Below are positions 1 through 14,096 of a stretch of 64,000 nucleotides of DNA, piece by piece; positions within the stretch are counted from its first letter, which is position 1; each line of letters opens with the position of its first letter. Source of the stretch: Lingula anatina (Eukaryota; Animalia; Brachiopoda); assembly GCA_051362555.1 (NCBI GenBank), contig CM120642.1:11966001-12030000 (forward strand), written 5' to 3'. The position numbers and the translations under genes were made by a program. The notes beneath the pieces were generated by a model that did not search any database, was not told where the DNA came from, and was given only the letters and a program-made list of their open reading frames with translations.

Positions 1-178
1 CGATGACATATCCGTACACTTAGAAAGCAGGTTCAAACAAGGCTTAAAACAAGGGTGGCACTGGACTTACACATCAATGCTTTCATTTTTAAGAAAAATC
101 AAAACATAAATCATTCAGATAAAAACAAATGATAGAACACAAAATCAACATTTTTGCTCTTCCTGAAAAAATTTCATT

Positions 179-2606
179 TTAAACTACTAACTTACACCTG
201 ATAGAGTTAACAAGCTTCCTGAATTTGACTCTAAACCAAGAAAAACAACCACAGTTTGATGTATCTTCCTCTTCCTCTTTTTCTACTTCAACAGTCTCTA
301 TGCAATTTTCCTCTGCCTCCACTTCTGCCTCCACCTCCTCCTCCTCCTCCTCTCCCCTCTCTGGTGTTAGTAAAGCACGGGTCTGAGCACTATGCACCAT
401 GCGTCTTTTATAAGTTAGTTTGTTAGTCAAAGCTGAATATGAATATCAAGGAGAAATTATACATAAAAGCAAAGCAAAGAAAAGTTATACCTAGACATAC
501 AGACAGAATATGAATGTAAGAAATTAAACTTGAATATGTGCGAGCAAAAAAAACTGTTTCAAAGATATATTGTAAGTTTTACAGTAAAGAAAAAGGCAAA
601 CTATTGACTATAATAGAATACTATAGGAGAAAAATACTGAAACATGCAAACATCTAATAGTATTTTGATAAAAGCCAAGAAGGATTACACTAACATGTGG
701 TAATATCAATTGACATGCTATCTACACAATGAACCATGAAACTATGCAAAAAAAAAGGAGAAAAAAGAAAGCAGGAGAAAAAATCCACAACTAAAATGCA
801 GCATGATGACTACTGAGACAGCTGCCCAATTTTTGTAAACCTTTTTCAGAGGCAACAAGTTGTTAACATGTGCTCATTCGAGATTAAATGACACAATTGG
901 AAGTGAAGAGTACCACTTACTTCTCCGTGAGAAAGACATTGACCGGAACTTTCTGGCCACTAATGACCCAAGCCCACAGTTCCACAGTGAGCTGACCCTC
1001 TTAAAGTGTGGTTTGTATTCTCTAATGGCAACTTCATAGGAGTCCCCTGAACCAATGGAAGTTGTGTCATCTGCTTCCTGAAAACAAAAACCAGGAGAGA
1101 TAAGGAATTAACTCAATTCTTCTAAACTCTTGTTACAGACTCTCAGAGAAAGTTATTATAAATGCAGAGATTTAAATAACCTTTTAATAATTATCTAATT
1201 TTGCTTAGATCATGTAACTATTGCCACAAAAAATTCTTACCAGTTTTGCAAAATAGTTATCATAAGCAATTACAAATTATAAATAAATTATATGTTTGAC
1301 ATTAATATGTACACTGTCAATTCATTAACTGACCCAACTGGAATGTTCTACATCATTGGAAAACCTATATAATTACTTCTTCAGAAAAATATCAGCACCA
1401 AGTAATTTAAATTGCCTGCTGCTAAACTAAACTGCTTGATCTGACATTACTGATCTGTTATATGTATAATATTATCTACATTTATCTATATTAGTTCTCA
1501 CCTGTGTCTTGTCCCAGTCACTGTACAGCAGCTGTACATGGTCCTCACTACCCACCATCTTACCCAAAATGGCCGTACACCTAGAGACAATACTGGAGGC
1601 TTTGCTCAGGCGGATGATGTAGTATGGAGTGTTTCCTTGCAGAATGTTTGCTGGAAAGAAAAAGACCACAAATGATTTGTGAAAAAAAAATAGAAAATGA
1701 TCTTCACAAAACCAAATTTCTCAAGTCCAGCTGAACCACAGGAGCTGAGGGCAAGATACAGCTACTTGGAATTATGGTCAGGATCAAGATTCATCACACA
1801 AACAACAAAAAATACATATCACACCACATTAACAAAAGAGGTTTAAAAATGGTGTTCAAAGTGAGAGATCAAAAAAAGAATATATTTCAATTAATCAATC
1901 AGTACCTCCTCCATCTAACTGCTGCTCCAGATCACATATCAATGACTTGGCTGCCAGTCTGTGTATGGTGGCTTCCTGTACACTGGTGGCAGCAGTGGGA
2001 TCAGTGTGCTGGGGGATCTCAAACTTCAAGCTGTGATAGAAAGGGTCGTCATCTAACTCCCCCTGAAGATACACTATACCATATGCTGAGCTCTCCAGCT
2101 GTAAATATAGATAATTTAAAATATAATTACATTTGCCCATGACCTGTATCAAGATGATATTAAATACTTAATATTCAAATTACATATTAAAGTGTTTATG
2201 CATGATTCCTTGTGTAGACTTATAATCACATGATCTAAATCACTATGGGTTTGGTAAGCTTATGTCTAACAGCAGTTACCAGGGTGTGATTATGAACATA
2301 AACAGAATACTCTTTTTAATCTGCTGAGAGCATGTGTGTGTCACATACCATTACATATAAGCAGCTTTTCTTAGTGATAATAAATGCTCCATATAATCAT
2401 CACACAACTGGAGTAACATGTTTCACACAGATCCCAATTACCTTAGTTTTGATGAGTGTATGAACCACCAGAGTGTCCCCTGCCATGAGACTGAGGGGCA
2501 GCCTGTGTGGAGTAGTGTGGATCACAGTGCCCTCTGGGAGCTCCCAGTGTAAGCTTAGGTCACGGACTTCTGGGAGGAGAGCTTTCTTGAAAACTGACAT
2601 CACCTG

Positions 2607-2647
<41 letters not shown>

Positions 2648-4202
2648 TACAACATATCTTTAAACCCATTAGGTGATGACTGAACATGAAAATTACACTC
2701 ACTCTATTAACATAGCATACATTGAAATTCAAAGTACTGATACCACATTTTATTCCAAGTCAGTCATTTTATCTACATATTCTAATTAGTTAAAACCTTT
2801 CACAATTGTTATTTAAATAATGTCCACTAAAATATAAAGGTGTATTTTCACTAAAATAATATTTAATTTTTTCTTTCAACCTGTAGGCATGAATAGTGAT
2901 TGCTTGTTTTTTTTTAACCATTAGCAAAGGGCTTACCTTTTCTTCCAGAACTCTAGTGTCTCTGATCATGTTACAGGTGCCCCCAGTCCCAATGGCTATC
3001 TCCTTCAGCAATGACTGGTCACCAATATCACCAAGACCAAATACAAAGGTTCTGGCAGATGAAACAAATGTATGATTAACAAGTGAAATGGTATTTAGCT
3101 GAATACAAGCCAGAGGAAAAATCCGTAATTTTGTTTTAAACTATGTTTATTTTCACTATACAGCTTGAATGCTGGAAACCCTTCTCAGAATATATTTTCT
3201 ACCCTAAATATGAATTATTATGAAGAATATAGAAAAATACCTTCCTCCAAGTGCATGTCTCTGAACCATCTCCTTGACATCCTTCATGATGGTGGCTCCT
3301 GCTCCACTGGTAAGGAGAAACAGCTGGAACAAGAATTAATACGTCAACAATGATAGAAGACTGATACATTATTGGGACAGCCAAGGAGTGAAAAACGCAA
3401 AAATCTTTATATCTAAACAGTTAAAACATGCACAAAAGTCAACAGTATCTATTATTATCATACTAACCAGTTTTGCTTCAACTGTAGACTACATAAGCTA
3501 GCATAAAATGGGCAATTATAAACATGGCAAACCTAATTTTGTTCTTAAGCAGTGCACACTTTATAAAAGGGTTGCAATTCCCATGCAAATACCTGTCTTG
3601 ACTTGCCCATCTTATCCTGCCTATAGATGTGTTTAAGTGTCCTTAGCAAGGACGTATTGTCACCCATGTCTGGCTCCACGTCCTCTAAAAATGTCACAGC
3701 TTTCTCTAGGGTAGCTCTGTTGTAGGGTCGACTGCCACTGCAGTTAATAACAAGTGAAATACAATATTTTTACAGCAACAACATATAATTAAAAATAGTG
3801 GAAAGGGCTATCACAAAATTAATATACTGGAAATAAAAATCTGTCCTTTGTGCTAAATTATTATAAAATGGACAAAAACTTTATTTCATACTTGTATTGA
3901 CAGATGCATATTCTAATAAATCACTATCAACACATTACTGTCTTATGACATCAAATACCAAAATTTGATAAAAAATTTGTAAGTTGTTAATTAATTGTTA
4001 TTCAAAGCTATACAAGGTCATTGATCACAGCCACTGATCATACCAAATGGCAATAAATTACAAATAGCCCATGCAACATTGTATAGGCCTTACTCAAATC
4101 ACTAGGCTACCTGTTTGTCCGTGATGGGGTTCAAACCCCCAAGGTGTCAGGTGGTCCCTGTACAGGCTCCTGCGTGTAAGGGTGTGTTTGTGAGTGTGGC
4201 CT

Positions 4203-4236
<34 letters not shown>

Positions 4237-5592
4237 TATTTGCTCATCTGGTGGCATCAGTAAGACAATTTTTTGTTTTATAAAGTATAACCTGTTCAGA
4301 TTGCATGTTATAAATTTACTTGAATCAGAAAACTGAAAACTTGAATGAGAAAACTGAAATTAAAAACCCTCCCTTACCCATCAAACAGTGAGTAATAATG
4401 GTCACCAAACACCACAACATTAAAGGTACTGTCCAGAGGCAAACTCTTCAGAAGCAACAGTAAAGATCTGCGTGCACTAAGAATCTTGTCCCCTGCCATA
4501 AAGTCTGAAAATACAAAAAAAAAAAAAAAAATTTCAACTTACTATACCAGAAACTGTTCATTTTCTAAACATTCATGAATGGGGGAAGGAAGGAAGGTAA
4601 AAAAGGAACCTTCCTCACTGTCTGCATTCTCTTGTCTTTCAACCTTCTATACAAAGTTCCACATCTTTCTTGCCACACTTTTACTCATAAAAAGGGGAAA
4701 ATCCTTTAAAAGGATCCAAGTTCATTATAAACATTAATATGTATAAATTACTTCTAGTGCACAAATTAAAGTAAGTCACATCTTAGCAAAAGAATTAAAT
4801 AATAAAGCAGCAACTGCAGATTGCCCTATTAATCTGACAATCTCTTTCTTTGGATATGAAACTGTTACAGTACCATCTGTGATACAAAATATTCCACAAA
4901 AAACAATTCTTACAGCATCAAATATTGAGCCATACCTTGAAATCATGTACAAAAAACATAACATTTTTACTTGAAATAATCTCTTCTGCTAAATTAGAGT
5001 GTAGGCAGCTACATTTCATATGAATGCCTCATAAATGCCATTACGCACCATTACAGTGAAGCAGCTGGCATTCATACAATAATGTACCATGATTTTATTG
5101 ATCCTTGAAACACTCAGGGAAATTAATATCTCAGGTACCTGAACAATCCACCACAAAGATGAACTCAGTGTCTCGTCTTATCTCACTGGTGGGAATCTGT
5201 GGACAGAAAGTCAGCATCAGGACATCATGGTACATCACTCCCCCTGAAATTTGTCAGAATTTTATATATAATGCAATTCCTTGGATTGACATGATCAAGA
5301 CACAACAGAGAAGCTTGCTGGTCTTGCTCTGTTTCTTTTACACATGTACACAATATGTACCATGTGTTTCTAAGATCTCTGGAAATACATGACTGTGTAA
5401 TAATTGTATGTGCTCAGCTAAGCATCTGTGAGATCTAAGATCTGTGGAATTATGTAGTACTACTGGCTACGAATATGGCAGCTGTGCCAGATTATGAAAC
5501 TCAGGTCGGCACAAAGTTATTAAATGTAGTAAACTACTTCAAGTTAATGGTCCAGAAATTTTCATTTTAATTAAAATGCATGTGTTCCCCCC

Positions 5593-5636
<44 letters not shown>

Positions 5637-8600
5637 GTACAGTATCCTGCTCGCAAGTCCTGACCTGAGCTGTGAAACTGATCTGTTTGCTTTCAGTGAC
5701 ATTCATTTCTGATGATTTCGTATTCGTCACTGCACCTGTGCTGGTAATTTAGTCAATTTACTCAATGAAAAACTCTAAGCTCATTACAAATTGGAAATGG
5801 CACATCATAGGCAAACCATTGTGCTGTTCCATTTTGAGCCAGAGGCACTGCTTTGTTTGGCAGGAACCCATCTTTCAGATCTCAAAACAGCTACAATGTA
5901 ATTTTGTATCATATACAGACAATTGAACAAATTGAATATATTTGCAGTGTTCTATAGTCAAAGCAACAGGGATATGAGAATTAAAGAACATGACACAGCA
6001 GGAATTTTAAAAGTAAAATGCTACACACTATACTGCAGGAGGCTATTGCTTTAAGTCAGTGCCAAGGAGTTTACACAACTGCAACAGATCGCCCTTCACA
6101 ATGCAATCCAGCTAAAAAGGTTAATATGTTCACCTTGGTTCTACTACTCCAAGCTACCAAACATTTCAAATTGTTTCCTTTTATTAGTGTTACAGGACTA
6201 AGTAACAAATTAATAATATCTAAATCAACAGTTGAAAAAATATGTCAAAACAAGTGTAAATGGAACCATACGAAATCTGCAGATGAAAACCTTACATTTC
6301 GCAGGGTGACCTTTTTCGATGATGATCTTTGGCTGGTGGAGGTTGTAATAGAAGATGAAGATAGACAGCCGTGCAGTCAAAATATTGGTTTTTAAGAAAG
6401 ATACCTGAATCAGAAAAACAATATTTCAATATAGCCTTTTTTCATATTTGTAAGGAACAGCATAAGTAAAATAGCAATAGATGTTGGAAAGAAAATAATA
6501 ATCTTATGGCGCATTTCTTTCATTTGTGAGATTTCGATTTTCATTCAAACAGTGTGATTGTAAATGAAAGTCACTCACGACTAATTTAAAACTACACCTT
6601 CAGTATTCTGTACATTGCTCTTCTATACTTCTAGTGTACATTTATAATAAGAAATTTCCAAGGGTATGGCATTTCTACCTTTGCCTGTGTGAGGCTACTG
6701 TTTAGATATTCTGAAACAATTTCAATTTCTTCTGATCTGACGTCATGAATCTGGTAGGGCCCATCAATGTGGATGGTCAAATCAAAATGTGCAATACCTA
6801 AAATTTTACAAAGCAAACACAAAATGGCTTTACATTTATCTCACAAAATTCGCGTATCACTAAAAACAAAAACAAAACATTTGTTATATACTTTTTCCTT
6901 CATTGATTTACACAGACTTCTAGTATGAATCCATATTAAAATGTTAAAATATTGCTATACATTCAAATTGATGAAGATATGGTTGTTCTTTAATCAAGAA
7001 ATGCAATTTTCAAACAAGGAACCCCCCTTAAAATAAAAAAATATGACTCCCTTTCCTGGCATAATATTCAACTGTTTGCATTAGCATTTTTAACATCTGC
7101 AATGACTAGGATGATGTTTCATGCTAGCTAACATTTATCAATACTACTTTTCAAACAAATTGGTCTTGGTAAAATGTCATGCCATTTATATAAACCTTTT
7201 ATAAAATATTCTCATTCAAGTCATAGATTTAATCACTTCTTGCAAAATCAAAGAACAAATTTTTCATTTGATCTTTTTTTAATTAAGCAAGGACAACATC
7301 TACTGGTCATGCCTGGGAAGAAAAAATTTAGTGCCGTCAAGGAAAAATAATACTGGCAGATGGAAGATTTAGAAAACTTCTGTGAAATAGTAAATTAAAG
7401 TGGCTTCAGAACACTTCTGCCATGTATTATTCCTGAAGTATGCTTTTAAAATAAAATCAAATGCTATGGATGCAATAGTACATCACAAATTTGTTGAATA
7501 TATGTGTATGCATGTGCCCTGTTATATGTATACCAACTCACCCTGTTTAGACAAAGCAGTGTAGCTATTTGGGAGAAGGAAAGATGGCAGAAGAAACTCA
7601 ACAGCACCACCATTGCCAGACACGGCCAGAGTCTGGACAGTGGACACTGAGATGACCACCTGCTGTCCACTGGTCACTGATCCAATATGACAAACAAAAC
7701 TGCCTTTGTACTTCTTCATCTCCAGGATCAGACAGTCCTGTCCAGACTTGGTCAGTCCCTCGCTGCACTGGCCAAGGGCCTGGAATATCAAATAATTTTA
7801 CCTAAATCATATCCTTCTTCCCAATTGACAATAGAATAAATAGCTATTTACTTTAATAAACAAATGATATTTTTGTATTTTATTTATTCTATTTTATTTA
7901 TTTATTTTTGAGAGGGGGAGAATAGGCAAGGAAGGAACACTCAAAGAATGAGTCAGTTTTTCACATCATCATATATAATTCAACCCAACTGAGAGGCAGG
8001 TGACTTCTATTCTTCACTCCCTGTGCACCCAATTGCTCCTTCTTAAGGTTTCAATCAACATCAGTTCTATAAACAACCACACATGGCATCACAGCAGAGA
8101 ATCAGGCAGACAGCAGTATTGTTCTTACAAAAACCATAGAAAAATGTGTGCAGTGCAATTCAAGCCATGTTATCATTGTGGTAGACTTGGATTGCTCCCA
8201 GTGAACACATTTGTGAAGATCATGATTAGCGCAAATAAAAGCAGTTTCCATGATGCTGCTTTTTTTTAAGGGAGGCCACTGCACCAACCACATTTAGTAA
8301 AGAAACCCAACTTCTACAGGTCTCGCTAAGATATTTCATCTCTGCAGTCCCAGTAACTTAGTAAAAAAGAACATCACTAAATATTGTGGACTACTTCAAT
8401 CTGTACATATATATATATATATATATATATCCAAACTTCTGAGATTTGAAATAATGGAAAAAGGGATAGCACTATTAAAATCTTCCAGTATTACACTTTT
8501 TTTCCTTGTGAGTATCAACCAAATGCAATGTCCCAATTCTAAACTAAAGCAAAAATTGCAGAATATACCAAATTGAATCACATAATTGGTAAAAAGGTCA

Positions 8601-10899
8601 TTCTTCATCTTAAACAACAAATTATTTAACACTAACATTTTTCCACGTATTCTTACATCAATTGCAATCAAACAAATTAAATTGCGCCATCTTTTTAACT
8701 GGACTAAAACAGTAATACTTCAATTAACCAGATAAATAAATTTTGAGCATCATGAAAGAATTTCAGCAGTATTCGTAGTTATTAGAAAATTATCAGAACT
8801 TTTCGACAGCCATTAATCTTATAAACACTAATAACAAAATGGGGCTAGACGGAAACCAATAGTTGGAATGATATACAGTATTGATTTTATTTCAAATGTC
8901 AACAATCTGCTTTCAAAGAGCATAATGTCATGTACTGTTAAGAGCAGAAAACATGTATACCTTAGAGCATCAGATATAAAATATGATGGATTCCTGATAC
9001 ATCTGTCTGTGAATAAATCTAAATAAATGTGCCTACGGTAATCATTTTGTTTCCCAGGTACCATGTCCTGTCAACTGAGATGTGCTTGCATGTCTCATAT
9101 GATATATCTGATGACAAATTACACCACTCAGGTGCAAATTAGGTGACATGATATATAAGAGCTGTCATTCTGTGAAGATGACTTCCTCACAGCATGGGAG
9201 TTATGAGGTATCATAAAGACGTCACTGTCTCCGCAGTATAGATATATGGTGCAACATATTTGCTAAGAATGCATCTGCTTAAATGAGGATGGAAAATTAT
9301 TTTCACACTGGCTACGAAACTACTATTATACATGAAACCTGACTGTGAAATGTGAGAAATAATCCACATATCAGTACACAGATAAATATCACATTAAAGA
9401 CTGACATGAATATATGTTGTCTTGGGGAAGATATCTGAATTATGAACATGATTTTACAAAGGCCATTCTCAATGAATTGTTCATTGGAAAATTTATGGTT
9501 AAACTACCCAGTCTGAAGGCTTTTTACAAGATATTTACATGACAACCTTCAGAGAGTATGTCTATAGTGTGACTTGCAGCAAATTTAGAGGGTATTCAAG
9601 AAAAGAAGCCCTTCCTGATAGTGTACACAATTTATACTGATTCTTTTTTTAATCTCTGTTTAGAGGAAGTGTCCACCCAAATATCTGCAAAGTCCTGGCA
9701 AATGTCCTTTTGCCTTTATATGTCCCTGCATACTGATAACCTTAGGAACAGCCATATAAAATGGGTGGCCAGTCACCAAGACCTCATGAATATATTACTG
9801 ATCACAACAACGATAACATGGACCTTCTGAAAGTCAGGCAAATCTCAACCCACTGTTACTTTTCAAAGACACTGTGTATGGGAACTAGGATAAACAGCTT
9901 CTTTTTACCCTAATATAATATATTCCGAATTGTGATTAAACCCTCATTCTGTCACATACATAGAGGCACTAAATAAATATCACCGAACCTAATTACACAT
10001 AGAAAATATACATATCACAATTAAAACATATCTGTGTAGTTAGCATCAATAAAATATTAATATTGAGGTGTGCCATGTGGACTATTAGGAATTAATTCTG
10101 TATCTGTTTCAATCAATATCAAGAAGATCAAATCTACACAACTGCTACACATTTATTAAAGCTACATGTGGGCACACCCTGTTTTATTTTGCAGCAAAAT
10201 ATACATTTTATAAACAGATAGCCTGACAAGACTTATTAGGAGCAAGACAATTAGGGAGTGACCATTTCCTATGTATACAGCTTGGGGGCAGCATACTGAG
10301 CTGTGTGTTGTGTGGCTGTGTAGAAGATTACGGTCACCACTCATTGCTGTATATTCAACAATAATTTCCTTTCTATAGAGCATATTTGTAATAGTTGTAG
10401 ATGTAAACAGTCATAGTAGTTGTAGATGTAAACAGTCATAAAAACAACTGACTTTAAAAAAAAACAAAAAAAAAAAAAAAAATTCTTCATTGAATGGCTC
10501 CTGAAATACTAAGATTTGTTTATTGGGCCAATACAATATATGTGCTTCCAAGAGAACATCTCACCCAAGTGCACGAGTACATGCATGTGCAACACAACAC
10601 CCACCAGTATTCTTTCCTCTACATGTCCCTGGAGGACTTTCCCGTCCCATATCGCCTTGAAGTCATACAGACTCCCCGCTGTGCTGTCATCTATGGGAAA
10701 TGTCACCACTACATTGTCCAGGTTGTCATCTGATGTGTTGACGAAGGTGAGAGTGCCGTGGATGTCAGCAGCAAAACCCTGCACCTTGGCCTCAACAATG
10801 ATACTTTCAAGAGTGACTGAAATTTCAAGAACATAAAATAAGTGCCTTGATCTTACTATCACTGTGACAAGAAAATGAATAAATATTGAATTTTTTAAT

Positions 10900-10994
<95 letters not shown>

Positions 10995-13794
10995 CTCCAA
11001 GACAAAATAGCATCTTTGATTTATTTTATAGAGGAAGCATAACTTAGTATGATAAACATAAAAAATGATATTTCTGCCATTTTTTAATGTCTAGTGTTTT
11101 CATCCAGAAACAATGTTATTGTATGGTCTGTATAGTGATGTGACATTTTTCTCCAGGCCTTACTAATATAATGAAAGATATGATGGCCTTATGATCCTTT
11201 CAAAAGAGGTGGACATCAGGTAAACAAAATTATTTTTGTGCCAGTTTAAAGCAGTTTAATGCTCTTGGTTTTAACAAAGTCTGTACATCAATACATAGAT
11301 ATCTTTAAGAATACAATGCCTTCATCTAAAACCAAAATAGTTTTTAACATTCTTCATAAATGAAAAATAAGATAAAGAAAGGATACAAAATGAACTGATT
11401 TCATAAATTTCAGTTAACATGAAGGAGTCTTTGCTGTCACAAATTTTTTCAATCGTAGCTATTATGAAATGTATTTTGTACCACACTAAAAGAAATTTTA
11501 TGTTTAATCATGAACTTCATTCCTTTTTTTAAAAGGACAAGTAAATTTACCCAAGTGGACAAGATATGTTTTTCACAAATTGAAAAACACAATATAATAT
11601 AGCACTAAATCACTTCACAATAAATACAAATATATTAGCCTCTTACAAAAAGAACTCACTAAATGAAACAGTACAGGTACAACTAAGATGGTTAGAATAG
11701 TAGCCTACCTTGGCCTCCTTTACCTGTGCTACTACCATTAACTTCAAAACAATCTTTTTGTACCATTATTACATCCTAACATGAACACACAATGTCTTTC
11801 ACACTTTAACTACTCCAACAGCTCACACAAAATAGAAGCCAAGCAGTTCTAATCCACCGACAAATATTGTACAAACATTGTACAAAGCAAATGTTCCCCT
11901 TGACTGTGCACAGTTCCGTCAACAATCTCAAGGTAACGTTGCACACCGTCCTCCCAACATTCTTTTACGCTGACTTATGTTCATAAAAATAGCCAATAAA
12001 GGATTGTTGTACGTAAACAGTCATCAGGGATGAGTTGTGAAATGAATGAATGAATGAAAGTGGCACGTGCCCGTCCGGGATCACTAAGTTGACAAAGGGC
12101 TCTGTTATGTGACACCAGTGGCCTGTCACACGTGGTATAAGTATTTAACAAGTTTGGTGTTGTCACATTAACTTCAAAGTGTGCATTTATTTAGAGTCTG
12201 TCAGGGTATTTTGGTGCTACCTGGTTTATTGTTACTCATCCGTGTCACTGCTGAAATACATCTCTGTCACTTGATATCATCTCACATTAGAACCAAGAAA
12301 CTTGTTGTTCAAATGCCTACGGATAAAATCAATTATGAATCCTGCCTATTTCTAGAGTGTCTCATATTTTTCTGATATATAATAAGATAAATTTAAAGTA
12401 ATTACACACAGAAGTTCTTCTTTCAAACATTAGTCTTGGGGGGGGGGGGGGGGGGGGCAACCCGAAGAAACCATCACAGCCCTGACAGTCTAAATATCTC
12501 TGCTTTAAAACTATCCAATATATGTTACATACAAAAAATGCAATGTACACTAAAATTACACCTTAAAACATAAAGAAATTAATCCAAAAAGGTAAAATGC
12601 AATATCATAATACACCATACTGTGTCTCCCTTGTTATGATCTCCCACAGATATATTTCAAAGCTCTGTTTCAATCAATAAAGTTCTGGGGATCAAGGCTG
12701 TCACATGTGTTTTCAGCTTCTTTGGTTATACACAGAGCACTTTCATAAACCACACAGCTACCACCCACATAAATCATGTATAAGCACCAGAATGCTTCTA
12801 ATTATGTCTGTTGATATCAATGCAAAATGAATCTCATAAGCTTAATTTGCAGTAAATGGCTTTGGTCACTTTGGTTTATTATATACTTCAGACATAGCAT
12901 ATTTCTCGCAAAATCTATAAAAGATTGTCCAAAACTGTTATTATCATTTTTTAACCTGTATAAATAGATTAGCTTTCACATTGGGTGAAAATGTAAGTTC
13001 ACCTTTACAACTGAGCCCAAAATGTGTTTTCCTTCAAATAACCTGTTGCAATTTTTTTCCCTTAAAAAATAGTGATTAAAAATAATTAAAAGAATCACTG
13101 TTTGTACACAAAAGTATGTTCTAATCTCTTTATTGAACAGGGTGGCTTTTTATTTTCCCACTGGCTGTACTTCTCTGTGAAATAAATATATATGTTTCAA
13201 AATGAAAATAGTAAATAGATTAATATATGTGGGGTGGCATGGGGGAAACAGAAATGTGGGTATCATAATGTATACCTTGTTTTAAAATGTCAAATTTCCT
13301 TTAATCACAATTCATTTAGCCTAGTGAAAAAACACAATTGGAGGTTAAATGTGCCACACCAGGCATGCAACAGCTAACTGTATTTCACTTCAGACGCTCA
13401 CTCCAGTGAAAAACTAAGTAGCCAATACCTGGTCGACAGGGATTAAGTTACAATGGACAAGTGAATCACACAATTATTATGTACCACTTAAGACTCGCTC
13501 GAGCATTGTTATCAGATTAAGCCACGCACATGCATACTCGCTGTTTAGAGGCGGCCAATTAATTACAGAAGTTGGGAGACAATTCCGTAATATTTGCAGT
13601 AGAATATATCCAGGTGCACATCCATATATGACCTCTATTTACACATTCGAAACACCACAGCATATCTAAAAAACGAGGGTGTGCCATATTTATTTTAAGT
13701 GGTCCACTTACGCTGAGAACTTACCGATAACATTTTTGTCCGTGTCGTGACACGAGATGCGGCTACCACTGCCACCTTGTTGCATCCGCAACAT
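179..13794 (-). CDS. VIT + von Willebrand factor A domain protein (VWA5A/BCSC-1-like), ~16 exons
   Basis: Frame-consistent exons read on minus strand: 13794-13725 (MLRMQQGG..., first exon least certain), 11458-11387, 10816-10605 (VIT: TLESIIVEAKVQGFAADIHGTLTFVN...FPID), 7779-7542, 6797-6679, ~6404-6296, ~5244-5139 (EFIFVVDCS), 4504-4378 (LLLLKSLPLDSTFNVVVFG), ~3738-3594, ~3323-3241, ~3051-2938 (TFVFGLG..LLKEIAIGTGG), ~2603-2442, ~2098-1906 (TIHRLAAKSLICDLE), ~1650-1502 (IIRLSKASSIVSRCTA), 1077-921, 432-179 stop. Motifs match VWA5A-family layout from memory. Confidence 0.8.
10817..11386 (-). other. U12-type (minor spliceosome) GT-AG intron in VWA5A-like gene
   Basis: Donor T|GTATCCTTTC at 11386; candidate branch TTCTTGAA about 7-14 nt before AG at 10817; phase-1 join restores frame into VIT exon. 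Confidence 0.7.
10903..10992. repeat. (CA)n microsatellite fused to poly-A
   Basis: Directly visible; similar simple repeats at 2608-2646 (AAT), 4203-4232 (G), 34400-34480 (GT), 43980-44050 (CA/GA), 47007-47046 (TA), 61243-61292 (T). Confidence 0.9.
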
Positions 13795-14096
13795 TGAGAA
13801 TTTTTTTTGTCTTCTTCTGTGATATTGCACAAAAAATCAAAATATTGAGCTCGAACTCAAGGGAAACTCTTCGTCTGCACTTTCCATGTTCTACAAATCA
13901 GCTTTTGTTCATCTGTTTTCTGTTTACTTTGGCTTTTATAACTCTCTCTAAAGTGCTTCCATACACTCCGTGTGTTTACATAGGAAATGTCTCCGTGTAC
14001 GCAAACCTATTTAGCGAACATCCAGCGCGTTGGGTAGACACTAACGCGTGGAATACCTGTTCTACTTCCGGTGAGAGACATGAAGGCATTACCATT
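13795..14096. promoter_or_regulatory. Putative bidirectional promoter between VWA5A-like and DNAJA3
   Basis: Divergent ATGs ~300 bp apart, local CpG enrichment, ETS/GABP-type ACTTCCGGT at 14064-14072. Confidence 0.5.

Noticed and set aside
179-196. C-terminal CKLVV as a CaaX prenylation signal
   Set aside because: Cys is fifth from the end, not fourth.
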